From an uncultured bacterium (GTDB taxonomy: Bacteria > Acidobacteriota > Thermoanaerobaculia > Multivoradales > JAHZIX01), in contig CBDUPA010000006.1 in assembly GCA_965368975.1 (NCBI GenBank), forward strand, positions 96,001 to 160,000: DNA of 64,000 nt, written 5' to 3'. The notes below the pieces were generated by a model. The model saw only the letters and a list, made by a program, of their open reading frames with translations, did not search any database and was not told the origin of the DNA. Made by a program: the position numbers and the translations under genes. This document shows, piece after piece, positions 17,580 through 26,911 of this stretch (its first letter is position 1; every line of letters begins with the position of its first letter).

Positions 17580-18857
17580 TCAGTCGTCGCAGACGATCTC
17601 GCAGTGCTCGTCTTGCCACTGCAAGTTCAGTCGCACCGTGCCTTCCTGTAGAACGACGCGCACTTGTCCCTCGGGACTGGCCCATAGCAAGGCGGTGCCG
17701 TGGGTGGCGGCTTCCTGGACTTGGCGACGTAGGCGGCGCTGGGCCTCGACAGGCAGTTTGCGTTCGCCACGCAAGAGCGCACGTAAGGAACCCAGGTGCC
17801 GTCGGCCGATCTGGACCCACTCTGCGACCAGGTCGGTCAGTGGGTCTCCAATCGGTTCCATCGACGAGCCATCACTGTCACCGCCGGGTTGCAAGGAGAC
17901 GTCGAGCGCGGCGAGCACGCGCGGCAGGTGGCAGGCGAGGCTGTACTCGGCTTCCGGGGCGTCGAGCCCGCGCGGTTCGCCAGCGAACAGCAGGCCGACA
18001 CCCATCTCGCTCTCGGGGTCGTACCAGATGGCGCCTGAATCCCCGGCGGTGCTGATCTCTTCGTCGTTGGGATTGCCGTCGACCACGGGGGCCAGCATGA
18101 AGCCATCGATGCCCAGGCGGCCGACCGGATAGGTGAGAAAGTAGCGGCCGATGCCGACGACGCGGGCGGCGGTCACCGAGGTCGAGCGGCCGGACTTGTG
18201 CAGAATCTCGCCCAATCGAACGGGGCGGGCGCCGCGCAGACTGACCTTGCTGCCCAGGATCTGCGGCAGCGCACGGCGGCGGTCGGGAATCAGGGGGGCG
18301 ATGGCGGCGTCTCCCTGCAGGCCGAGCAGAATGCGCTGCAGCTGCGCGACCTCGTCGCGGCCCCGCCGGCCACCGTCACCGACGCCGGGTTGCAGGATGT
18401 CCTGACCGACCTGGCCGTTGTACCCGACCAACACGTGCCAATTGCTGAGCAGGGCTGGTATGCCGGAAGCGTTGTCGTAGACCAGGGCACCAAAGGTGCC
18501 GGCCGAGTCGCCATAGGCGCGCGAGATGCTACAACCGGGCTGCAGGATCTCGAGGCGGCGTTGGTGCGGATGTCCCGGAACGGTGGAGGTCGGTCGCCGC
18601 TTCTCTGGTGCTTCGAAGCTCGCCTCGACGACGTCGGTTGGGATGCCGTCGAGCAGCTGTGGCAGTGCCTCCGAAGGTTCTAGACGGCTGAGGGGCAGCT
18701 TGCGGCGGACGTGGAAGCGAACGGCAATGTCGTCCTGCCGCTGCCCGCCGCGATACTTGTAGCCGACGTCGATGCCGGTGACGGCCTGCAAGCCTCCGTA
18801 GTGGTGCAAAGCCTGATGGCAGGCCTTGCGCAAACGGGGTTCCTCTTTCTTGCTCAT
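17580..18857 (-). CDS. Trypsin-like (S1, NAL1-like) serine protease, no signal peptide
   Basis: Triad motifs LSNWHV, DAAIA, GDSGA; N-terminal VTGIDVGYK...VRRKLP...IPTDVVE segment; AAGGAGG SD. Confidence 0.85.
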   Translation of the reverse strand: MSKKEEPRLRKACHQALHHYGGLQAVTGIDVGYKYRGGQRQDDIAVRFHVRRKLPLSRLEPSEALPQLLDGIPTDVVEASFEAPEKRRPTSTVPGHPHQRRLEILQPGCSISRAYGDSAGTFGALVYDNASGIPALLSNWHVLVGYNGQVGQDILQPGVGDGGRRGRDEVAQLQRILLGLQGDAAIAPLIPDRRRALPQILGSKVSLRGARPVRLGEILHKSGRSTSVTAARVVGIGRYFLTYPVGRLGIDGFMLAPVVDGNPNDEEISTAGDSGAIWYDPESEMGVGLLFAGEPRGLDAPEAEYSLACHLPRVLAALDVSLQPGGDSDGSSMEPIGDPLTDLVAEWVQIGRRHLGSLRALLRGERKLPVEAQRRLRRQVQEAATHGTALLWASPEGQVRVVLQEGTVRLNLQWQDEHCEIVCDD

Positions 18858-18869
18858 GGTGGACCTCCT

Positions 18870-20111
18870 TCAGGCGGCCACCGCTCGCACATGCAGGTTG
18901 TGGCCGATGAAGGTCATCAAGTCGCGCAGCTGGTCGTAGTCCGGATGGTGCAGACGGAACCAGGTGTTGCACAGGTAGCCTTTGGACAAGGGTACCGTGG
19001 CACTACCGGCCGGTGGTGCATGAAAACGGGTGATCCAGGGACGGCAGTGATCGAGAACCCGGCGCAAGCCGTCGTAGCCGCTGATGCGGCCATCGCGGCT
19101 GGGGCGTACCTGCACGGAGCCGGTGGCGAAGCGCCGGCTCGGCCGGCAGCCGGAGCGTCCGTGCAGGAGCAGCAGGGCCCACTCCAAGTACATGTCCATG
19201 TCGTTGGCAGTGCAGTATAGATCCCAGATACGCTCGCCTGGCGGTCGCGCGCCGATCTCGGAGAACTTGAGGCCCTTGGGGCCGAAGAACCACTCCATGT
19301 GCGTCGCCGCGGTGTCGATGCCGAGCACGCTGATGACCCGGCGCCCCATCGCCTTGAGTTCGTCGTAGCTGGGTTCGTCCAGACGGTTGGTGACCGCGAT
19401 CTGCGGCGCGATGCCGCGGTCTTGCAGCGCTGTCAGGACGGTGGGGTAGTAGTGGGCGGCGAACTCGTGGACCACCTCACCGCGGAGACTGAGGGTGTCG
19501 TAGAACCCCTCGTGTCCCTCGATGAACTCTTCGACCGCGACGCCTTCGTGGCTCGGGTGGGCACGCAGGCCGAGAGCGTCGAGCGCCTGCTCCAACTCGG
19601 CCATCGTCTCGACCCGCCGCGTTCCCAGGCCACCGAGGGCGGCCCGCGGCTTGACCACCAGCGGGAAGCCCTCACGCTCGGCGAAGGCACGGAGGTCGTC
19701 GCGCGAGGCCGAGCCGAGCGATGCCGCGCACGGCACCCCGGCTTGGCGCAAGGCTGCCTTCATCGCCGGCTTGTCGCGGCACAGCGTGACGGTGCGCACC
19801 GACAGGCCGGGTAGTCCTAGCTGTTCGCGCACCTTCGCTGCTGCCAGCACGAGCGCTTCGTCGGCGGTCTCCAGTCGGTCGATCGAGCGCCGGCGTTCGA
19901 TCCGCCGAGCCGCTTCCAGGACCTGGCCGGCGTCGAGGAGCGAGCCGACCTGCTGGTAGCCGTCGAGCCACAGGCGCAGCTCGGAGTCGAGGTGCTGGAC
20001 GGGTGTGTGTCCAATGCCGGTCACCGTGGCGCCGGCTTGTTTGAGGCCGCGAGCGAACTGGCGGTAGATGTCGAACAGGTCCGGCCCCAGGAACACGACG
20101 TGCGGGCTCAT
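18870..20111 (-). CDS. ATP-grasp domain protein (carboxylate-amine ligase-like)
   Basis: CRDKPAMK, FPLVVKP, VEEFIEG, HMEWF, FSEIGARPPG. Confidence 0.88.
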   Translation of the reverse strand: MSPHVVFLGPDLFDIYRQFARGLKQAGATVTGIGHTPVQHLDSELRLWLDGYQQVGSLLDAGQVLEAARRIERRRSIDRLETADEALVLAAAKVREQLGLPGLSVRTVTLCRDKPAMKAALRQAGVPCAASLGSASRDDLRAFAEREGFPLVVKPRAALGGLGTRRVETMAELEQALDALGLRAHPSHEGVAVEEFIEGHEGFYDTLSLRGEVVHEFAAHYYPTVLTALQDRGIAPQIAVTNRLDEPSYDELKAMGRRVISVLGIDTAATHMEWFFGPKGLKFSEIGARPPGERIWDLYCTANDMDMYLEWALLLLHGRSGCRPSRRFATGSVQVRPSRDGRISGYDGLRRVLDHCRPWITRFHAPPAGSATVPLSKGYLCNTWFRLHHPDYDQLRDLMTFIGHNLHVRAVAA

Positions 20112-21265
20112 CGCGCGTCCCTTCGCACCTCAGGCTCGCCGCGTCGGTGCAGGCGCAGATAGCGCCAGAGCACGACGCCGAGGGTGATCGCGGTCAAGGG
20201 CAGCACGAAGGTCCCCATGACCCAGCTAAAGACCGGCAGGCCTTCGTGCTGTGTCGAATCGAGGACCAGGTAGAGCGTGTAGGCCAGGTAGTAGAAGAAG
20301 AACAGCGCGCCTTCCCAGCGGTGGATGACGTGACCGGTGACGAAGATCGGCAAGCAGGCGATGGCCACCGCCAGCATGACCGGGATGTCGAAGCGCAGCG
20401 CCGCCTCTGGCACCGTCAGGCCACCGGGGACGACGATCGACGGCAGGCCGAGCACGATCAGGATGTTGAAGATGTTGCTGCCCACCACGTTGCCGACCGC
20501 GATGTCGCGCTCGCCGCGCAGACTGGCGATCACCGAGGTGGCTGCCTCCGGCAGCGAGGTGCCGATCGCCACGACGGTAATGCCGATCACCAGCTCGCTG
20601 ACACCAAAGGCGGAGGCGATCGCCACCGCTCCCTGGACCAGCCAGCGCGAGCCGAGCACCAACAGGGCAGCGCCAACCAGGGTCAGACAAGCAAGGAGCA
20701 GCCACCGGCGCGGCGTTGCCCGCACGGGGATCGAATACGCACGTGTGAATTCGTCGTCTTCGTCCTCGCGGGCCGCGGCGGCTCGCGCCTCGTCTTCTCT
20801 TCGTTCGCGCAGGGTCTGGCGCCGGCTCTGGATCAGGAGGGAGGCGGTATAGGCGATGGCTGACGAGAACAGCAGCAGACCGTCCAGGCGATCCAGGTTG
20901 CCATCGAGCCCCAATACCAGGAAGGCCACGGAGACACCGATCATGATCGGGACGTCCAGACGCACCAGTTGGTGTGACACTGCCAGTGGCAGGATGGTCG
21001 CCGACAGGCCGAGCACCAGCAGCACGTTGGCGATGTTGCTGCCGATCACATTGCCGATGGCGACACCGGGCTGGCCCGCGAATCCGGCTTGCAGGCTGAC
21101 GGCGACTTCCGGCGCACTGGTGCCGAAAGCCACGACGGTCAAGCCGATGACCAGCGGCGAGATACCCGCCAGGCCGGCCAGCCGTGCGGCGCCGCGCACG
21201 AACGCCTCGGCACCGCCGACCAGCAAGACGAGTCCGGCCAGGATGAGAAGGACCTCGTAGATCAT
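20108..21265 (-). CDS. Calcium/sodium antiporter (YrbG/CaCA family)
   Basis: Two alpha repeats, GTSAPE..GNVIGSNIAN and GTSLPE..GNVVGSNIFN; start MIYEVLL overlaps the upstream stop (ATGA). Confidence 0.93.
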   Translation of the reverse strand: MIYEVLLILAGLVLLVGGAEAFVRGAARLAGLAGISPLVIGLTVVAFGTSAPEVAVSLQAGFAGQPGVAIGNVIGSNIANVLLVLGLSATILPLAVSHQLVRLDVPIMIGVSVAFLVLGLDGNLDRLDGLLLFSSAIAYTASLLIQSRRQTLRERREDEARAAAAREDEDDEFTRAYSIPVRATPRRWLLLACLTLVGAALLVLGSRWLVQGAVAIASAFGVSELVIGITVVAIGTSLPEAATSVIASLRGERDIAVGNVVGSNIFNILIVLGLPSIVVPGGLTVPEAALRFDIPVMLAVAIACLPIFVTGHVIHRWEGALFFFYYLAYTLYLVLDSTQHEGLPVFSWVMGTFVLPLTAITLGVVLWRYLRLHRRGEPEVRRDAR

Positions 21266-21996
21266 GCCGGTTGCTCCTGGATGAACGCGACCACCGCCGC
21301 CGCTGCTGCGGCCAAGTTGTCGGCCTGCGTACGACCAGAGCTCTTGCGCGGCTTGAAAGAATGATCTCCGTCCACCATCCACTCGAGCCGGATGCTCTGG
21401 CTGAGTGGGTAGCGCGGGACTTCCTCGGCACCGCCGAAGGGATCGCGGCTGCCCTGGACGATGAGCGCCGGGGTGGTCAGCGGTTCCAGGTGGACGGTGC
21501 GCAGGCGCTCGGGGTGTCCGGGTGGATGAAACGGGTAGCCCAAGCATACGAGACCCTGGATATGGCCGGCGCTGTGCAACTCGTCGGCCAGCATGCTGGC
21601 GATGCGGCCACCCATCGACTTGCCACCGATGAACAGCCGGCTGTGCGGCGTCTGCTGGCGCAGCGTCGCGACGACGCCTTCCCAGGTCGCCTCGAGTACT
21701 GCCTGTCGATCCGGCGGTCGGCGAGACACCTCGGGATCGAGGCGCTTGCGCAGCATGTAGGGAAACTCGAAGCGCACCACGCGTACGCCCGCCGCGGCGG
21801 CGCTCTCGGCCAGGGTCTCCATGAAGGGTGAGTCCATCGCTGCCCCGGCGCCGTGCGCCAACACCAGGATTGCGCCTGCCTCCTGCGGGCCGTTGGAGAG
21901 CCAGTGGCGTGCATCGATCGCCGCTTCGACGAGCCCGCGGCTGGTGTCGCTCAACGCTTGGAGTCTGGCGGTCTCGAGGGTGGGTGTTGAACTCAT
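21262..21996 (-). CDS. Alpha/beta hydrolase (KANL3/Tex30-like)
   Basis: LAHGAGA, GGKSMGG nucleophile elbow, GYPFHP, QGSRDPFG, GDHSF. Confidence 0.9.
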   Translation of the reverse strand: MSSTPTLETARLQALSDTSRGLVEAAIDARHWLSNGPQEAGAILVLAHGAGAAMDSPFMETLAESAAAAGVRVVRFEFPYMLRKRLDPEVSRRPPDRQAVLEATWEGVVATLRQQTPHSRLFIGGKSMGGRIASMLADELHSAGHIQGLVCLGYPFHPPGHPERLRTVHLEPLTTPALIVQGSRDPFGGAEEVPRYPLSQSIRLEWMVDGDHSFKPRKSSGRTQADNLAAAAAAVVAFIQEQPA

Positions 21997-23546
21997 TCGG
22001 ATTGACTCCTGCGAACTTGCACGTCACCGTCCAAGATCTGGTAAAGCCCGGGCATGATGCGCATCGGTGCAGGGATCTTCTGGCACAGGTTGAGGATGCG
22101 TTGCAACGTGAGCGGGGAGGCGTCGGCGATGGTGACGATCACATGGTCGATGCCCAGGGCGGTACCGAGCTTTGGCAGTTCACCGATGGTGCCGAGCACA
22201 CGAATGCCTCGAATCATCGTCCCCTGCTTGGCCGGGTCGTCGTCCAGGAAGCCCTTGATCGAGAGCAGGCGATCGGGTCTCCCCTGGATCTCCTGCGCTG
22301 CCAGAGCCCCCGCGCGGCCGGCACCGATCAGCAGAACCCCGGTTGGCCTGGCTCGCTGGTCGCTGCGCAGCATGGCCCGGCGTTGGCGCTCGCTGCGCTC
22401 GTACTGCATGCGGCGGCCGACGCGCAGTGCCAGCAGGCCGCCGAAGGCGAGCAGAGCGTCGAGCACGATCACGGAACGCGGCACGCGCCAGTTCTGCAGC
22501 GACTCCGGCAGCAGCCACCAGCTGGCCAGCAGGATGACGGTACAAGCCAGGCCGGCGCGGGCGAAGGCCTGGATGTCAGTGAGACTGATATACCGCCAGA
22601 CGAACTGATGGATACCCAGCAGCAGATAAAGAGCCAGCTGCAGTACCAGTACGTACGGCAGCTGCCGTAGCAGATTGTCCCACTCGTGCGCGGGGGGCGC
22701 GAAGTCGAAGCGCAGCAGATAGGCGAGCAGGAAGGCGCCAGCCAGCACGGCCAAGTCGAGCAGGTACTGCAACTGGCGCAGGTGGCGTTGGAACCACGTG
22801 CCAACGGGGATAGCTCCGCTGGGAGCAGCTTCTTCCTGCCCCCAGAGCTTCTCGACCTCGTCGGTGGTCGGTGGCGGATTGCGTCCCGGGATCAGGATGC
22901 CGAGAAAGGTGTCCCAGAGTACCTGCAGGTCGCTCCACATCGTGCGGCGTCGCAGGTAATTGCGGTAGCCACGCAGTTTGAATGGCAGCAGGGTCGAGCG
23001 GTAGAAGGCGTCGGTATCGCCCTCCAGGGCACCGAGCATCTCTTCCTCGTTGCGCAGGCGCAGTGTTACCGGATCGGTGAGGCCGGGCCGGGCGGCCAAC
23101 ACGTCGCGCCACAGGGGATTGTCCATGTCGACATAGCGCGGTACCTCCGGCCGTGGCCCGACCAGTGCCATGTCGCCCTTGAGCACGTTCCACAGCTCCG
23201 GTAGCTCGTCCAGCTTGAGCTTGCGCAGCACCTTGCCAATCCCTGTCACACGCGGATCGCCGCTGGCGGTCAGGGCCGGGTCGCTGTCGTCCACGGTTGT
23301 ATCCCGAGTGACCATGGAGCGGAACTTGTAGAAAGTGAAGCCGCGACCGTCGCGGCCGATGCGCTGCTGGCGGAAGAGCACCGGTCCGGGCGAAGTCGCG
23401 GCTACGAGCACGGCGAGCAGCAGCAGCAAGGGCGTCAATACCACCAGTGCCGCGGCGGCGAGGACGGCATCGATCCAGCGTGGCAGCCCGGGATTGGGGG
23501 CCTGCCGAGGTGGAGCCGATGTAGGGTTGGACCTGGAAGCACTCAC
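21993..23546 (-). CDS. Phosphoglycosyltransferase (Bac_transf) fused N-terminally to a 4-TM plus CoA-binding-like (CapD/PglF N-terminal type) region
   Basis: N-terminal KFRSM, DPRVT, LDELPEL, VGPRPE; C-terminal TM helices, then LIGAGRAG, GFLDDDP. Confidence 0.88.
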   Translation of the reverse strand: MSASRSNPTSAPPRQAPNPGLPRWIDAVLAAAALVVLTPLLLLLAVLVAATSPGPVLFRQQRIGRDGRGFTFYKFRSMVTRDTTVDDSDPALTASGDPRVTGIGKVLRKLKLDELPELWNVLKGDMALVGPRPEVPRYVDMDNPLWRDVLAARPGLTDPVTLRLRNEEEMLGALEGDTDAFYRSTLLPFKLRGYRNYLRRRTMWSDLQVLWDTFLGILIPGRNPPPTTDEVEKLWGQEEAAPSGAIPVGTWFQRHLRQLQYLLDLAVLAGAFLLAYLLRFDFAPPAHEWDNLLRQLPYVLVLQLALYLLLGIHQFVWRYISLTDIQAFARAGLACTVILLASWWLLPESLQNWRVPRSVIVLDALLAFGGLLALRVGRRMQYERSERQRRAMLRSDQRARPTGVLLIGAGRAGALAAQEIQGRPDRLLSIKGFLDDDPAKQGTMIRGIRVLGTIGELPKLGTALGIDHVIVTIADASPLTLQRILNLCQKIPAPMRIMPGLYQILDGDVQVRRSQSE

Positions 23547-23575
23547 ACGCTTAGCCTATCTCCTCGACCGTGCCG

Positions 23576-24823
23576 TCATGGTGCCGTGCCCGGGCGTTGG
23601 TCGCGGCTGTAGTCTCTGCAGAGACGGCGCAGGGTCGTGACGACATGGTCCAGTTCAGCGTCGGTCATGGTGGGGAAGAGTGGCAGGGTGACCAGGCGCT
23701 GCCAGACGCCCGAGGCTTGCGGCAGCAGGTCTTCCCGCCAGCCCAGGGTCTCCTGGTAGTACGGATGACACTGCAATGGACGCCAGTGCACCGAGTAGCC
23801 GACGCCGGCCTTGCGCAGCTCCTGGAGGAAGGTATTGCGGTCGATGCGCAGGCGGTCCAGCCGCAAGCGAACGACGAAGAGGTGCCAGGCGTGCAGCCGG
23901 TTCGGCACCACTGGCGGCAGCTCCAGTTCCTCGACGTCTGCCAGGCGCTGCAAGTAGCCGTGGGCCAGCCGCTCGCGGTCCTGACGCATCGACTCTGCGC
24001 GCGCCAGCTGGTGGATGCCGATGGCGGCGGCGATGTCGGTCAAGTTGTACTTGAAGCCAGGGGCGACGATGCGGTAGTCCCAGCTGCCGGCGGCGCTGAA
24101 GCGGCCCCAGGCGTCCGACGACAGGCCGTGCAGCGACAGGGGCCGCATGCGCTCCAGCAGCTCCTCGGAGTCGGTGGTCGCCATGCCACCTTCGCCGGTG
24201 GTGATGCATTTGTTGGCGTAGAAAGAGAAGCACGAGACCGCGCCGCTGCCCTCGCCACAGCGCTGCCAGGCATCTTGCTCGGACGCGCGCCAGGCCGCCG
24301 GGAAGGCGTGCGCCGCATCCTCGACGATCCACAGACCATGGCGGTCGGCGAACTCGCGCAAGCGTGCCAGGTCGAGCATCAGGCCGCCCACATGTACCGG
24401 AATGATGCCGACCGCCCGCGTTCCCGGCGTGACCGGCAACTCACCGCGAGCCAGCTGCTGGAGCTTGCGTTCGGCGTCGTCGAAGTCGAGGTTGAGGGTT
24501 ACCGGATCGCAGTCCACCAGGATCGCCTCGGCACCCTGGTAGCGCAGCACCTCGGCCGTCGCCGCCATGGTCATGGCCGGTACCAGCACCGCTTGGCCGG
24601 GCTGCAGTCCGAGGGCGACAACGCCCAGGTGTAGCGCCGCGGTACAGGAGTTGAGCGCCAGCGCGTGGCGCGCGCCAACGGCTTCGGCGAACTCCTCCTC
24701 GAAGCGTTTGACGCGGGGGCCGGTGGTCAGCCAGCCGGACTCCAGCGTCGCCACCACTTCATCGATCTCGGGTTGGCGTACGTCGGGCCGGAAGAAGGGG
24801 ACCTGTATCTCAGGGGTAGGCAT
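23576..24823 (-). CDS. DegT/DnrJ/EryC1/StrS sugar aminotransferase
   Basis: SGWLTTGP, NSCTAALH, EDAAHA, SFYANKCITTGEGG, GFKYN; start set at MPTPEIQ. Confidence 0.95.
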   Translation of the reverse strand: MPTPEIQVPFFRPDVRQPEIDEVVATLESGWLTTGPRVKRFEEEFAEAVGARHALALNSCTAALHLGVVALGLQPGQAVLVPAMTMAATAEVLRYQGAEAILVDCDPVTLNLDFDDAERKLQQLARGELPVTPGTRAVGIIPVHVGGLMLDLARLREFADRHGLWIVEDAAHAFPAAWRASEQDAWQRCGEGSGAVSCFSFYANKCITTGEGGMATTDSEELLERMRPLSLHGLSSDAWGRFSAAGSWDYRIVAPGFKYNLTDIAAAIGIHQLARAESMRQDRERLAHGYLQRLADVEELELPPVVPNRLHAWHLFVVRLRLDRLRIDRNTFLQELRKAGVGYSVHWRPLQCHPYYQETLGWREDLLPQASGVWQRLVTLPLFPTMTDAELDHVVTTLRRLCRDYSRDQRPGTAP

Positions 24824-24908
24824 TCTGGTGTGGGCACTCTTGGTTGAGGCTCGAGGGCGGATCGGGAGTACGCTTCGAACCTCTGGTTTGCATCTTCCGG
24901 CGTCAAGT

Positions 24909-26072
24909 TCACGGCAACCAATGGCGCAGTTGCTGCCGCACGTGCCGCCACCGCCGCCGAGGCCACCACGTCTCCTCGGGTGTCTGGATCTCGACGATTC
25001 CGGGATGCGCCCACAGCTGCCGTGGCAGAGTTCTCCAACCCGCGCGGCTGGGCCGGAGCGCCAGCAAGCGGGAGCGGACGATCTGTGCGGTGCTGAGGTC
25101 GCCGAGGGCACTGCCGGTGGCGTTACGCTCAGGATAGACCCTACGCGCCAGGAGCCGTTCCGGCCAGCGTAGATGACCGGAGAGAGTATCAGCGATAGTG
25201 CGATTTGTCGCGTCAGAGGGCCATAGCACTGCGGTCTGAGCTGCCGCCAGCAAGGCTGGCAGCTGCAGGCCCCACGCTTCGATCAGGGGCTGCACATCGT
25301 TCTCCAGCTCGAGACCCTCGTCGCGTGCTGCCGCGCTGAGGCGCCGCAGCTCCCACCAGGCGCGCAGCGGTCGCGGGGGCGGATCGAGCCACACGTGGGC
25401 AGCGGCGATCACCCAAGCAGCGGCAAGCGTCACCCGTCTGCCACCGGCCCCGAGAGTCGGATCGTCGACCGCCGTGTCGAGCACGTCACGACCGGCACGC
25501 TCCGGGAGCAGCCCCCAGAGGCGAAAATGGATCTCCAGCAGGATGCCGCTTTGGGGGCCGAGTGTCAGGGAGTCGGCATAGCCTTCGTCACGCAGGTAGG
25601 CGGCGTAGCGCTGGCCGGGGAAGAGATTCTGCCAGCCGGCGGACTGCAGTGCTTCGACGGCGTCGGTGCGGTGCTCTGGAGCGACCAGGAAATCCAGGTC
25701 GCTGGTCGGTCGCTCTTCGGCACGCCGATAGATACGCGGTCCGAGGTCGAAGCCCTTGAGGACGGTCCAGGGAATGTCCAGTCCACCCAGGGTCGACATC
25801 ACCTGTTCCGCCGCGTGTTGGAGCCGCAGCAGGTGGGCGGTGGTACCGAGCAGAGCGCGCTGCCATTCGGCCGGCGGTTCGAGGCCCGCCGCCTTGGAGC
25901 GCAGGGCCAGCGCGGGACCCAAACGGTGCTGCTGGATTGTTTCCCAAGGCAGCTCGGTTGCCTGCTGCAGGGCGTGGTGCCGATCTTGGTCCGTGGCTTC
26001 GTCGTCCAGAGCTTTCGCCAGCACCTGTAGCTTTCGATAGGCACCGGGCACGGTCGCGGCGATGGGTGTCAA
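24909..26072 (-). CDS. Nucleotidyltransferase family protein (NTP_transf_5-like)
   Basis: VLKG...RPTSDLDFLV...LEIHF; probable TTG start overlapping the upstream stop. Confidence 0.8.
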   Translation of the reverse strand: MTPIAATVPGAYRKLQVLAKALDDEATDQDRHHALQQATELPWETIQQHRLGPALALRSKAAGLEPPAEWQRALLGTTAHLLRLQHAAEQVMSTLGGLDIPWTVLKGFDLGPRIYRRAEERPTSDLDFLVAPEHRTDAVEALQSAGWQNLFPGQRYAAYLRDEGYADSLTLGPQSGILLEIHFRLWGLLPERAGRDVLDTAVDDPTLGAGGRRVTLAAAWVIAAAHVWLDPPPRPLRAWWELRRLSAAARDEGLELENDVQPLIEAWGLQLPALLAAAQTAVLWPSDATNRTIADTLSGHLRWPERLLARRVYPERNATGSALGDLSTAQIVRSRLLALRPSRAGWRTLPRQLWAHPGIVEIQTPEETWWPRRRWRHVRQQLRHWLP

Positions 26073-26839
26073 GCTGAAGTTCCCGCCTCGACGTCTGGCT
26101 TGACCAGAACTGCCAGCAGATGTGTGCGCAACCACGGCACGGCCGCTTCCAGGGTCGAAGCCAGCCAGGGACTCCACGGTGCGATACGACGCAGCAACGG
26201 TGGTGCCAGGGTGATGCGACGCGTGTCTCCGTGCAAGCCGGGAAACAGGTTCCGTAGCTCGCTCCGATCAACCCGCCGTACCGCGCGATTCCCGGGATTA
26301 TTGAAGGCGAAGTCGTACCACAGCAGGGCCCCACTCGGTGCCAGCACGCGCTCGATCTCGCCGGCCAGCCGGCGGCGTACCGCGTCGTCCAGGATCGAGG
26401 TGAACACCGTCGAGACGACCACCAGCTGGAAGGTCTCCGCCTGCCACGGCAGCTCGGCCGCGTCTCCCACACGCAGGTCCGCCGATGGCAGCCGCGCCTG
26501 TGCCACCGCCGCCCGCTCGGTGTCCAGCTCGATACCGCACAAACGAGTTTCCGGTACACCCCAGCTGATCAGCTCACCGAGCCAGCCGAGTTCGCCGTAG
26601 CCCACTTCCAGGCACAGCGAGTTTGTATCCGGGAACGCGTCGAAGCGGCGCAGCAGGCGTGCTGCCAGCCTACGCCGGCCATCGCGCATCAGTTGCTCGG
26701 CCGGATTCCAGGGTGCGTAGAGATCGGTATCGACCTCTTCGCGGCGGCGCCGGTACTCGGCGAGGACGCGCTGGGCTTCACGGTTGGGTTCCGGTTGAGG
26801 CATTTGTAGCAGTCTTCCATACTTGCGCGGAGCCTGCAT
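26069..26839 (-). CDS. Class I SAM-dependent methyltransferase (alternative start 26803)
   Basis: LEVGYGELG, GIELD, GDAAELPW, RVLAPSG. Confidence 0.9.
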   Translation of the reverse strand: MQAPRKYGRLLQMPQPEPNREAQRVLAEYRRRREEVDTDLYAPWNPAEQLMRDGRRRLAARLLRRFDAFPDTNSLCLEVGYGELGWLGELISWGVPETRLCGIELDTERAAVAQARLPSADLRVGDAAELPWQAETFQLVVVSTVFTSILDDAVRRRLAGEIERVLAPSGALLWYDFAFNNPGNRAVRRVDRSELRNLFPGLHGDTRRITLAPPLLRRIAPWSPWLASTLEAAVPWLRTHLLAVLVKPDVEAGTSA

Positions 26840-26911
26840 CCAAGGAGTACCGGTGGGTTACGGCGTAAGATGGTCCAATGTGGTCTGCTCGCTGTGCGGC
26901 GATGAGAGGAG

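Noticed and set aside
17041-18132. ORFs 17041-17409 (-), 17117-17356 (+) and 17392-18132 (+) crossing the intergenic region
   Set aside because: They run through terminators or antisense to real genes and have no motifs. The GAGGAG before 17409 is only 1 nt from the ATG. A short peptide cannot be fully excluded.
18870-21996. ATP-grasp and alpha/beta hydrolase as NRPS tailoring or trans-release enzymes
   Set aside because: They are on the opposite strand, separated from the NRPS by the helicase and terminators, and coupled to the glycan operon; the hydrolase looks KANL3/Tex30-like rather than a type II thioesterase.
24909-26072. Lasso-peptide cluster suggested by the nucleotidyltransferase
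   Set aside because: No asparagine-synthetase-like cyclase, B protein, PqqD/RRE or precursor seen in the window.
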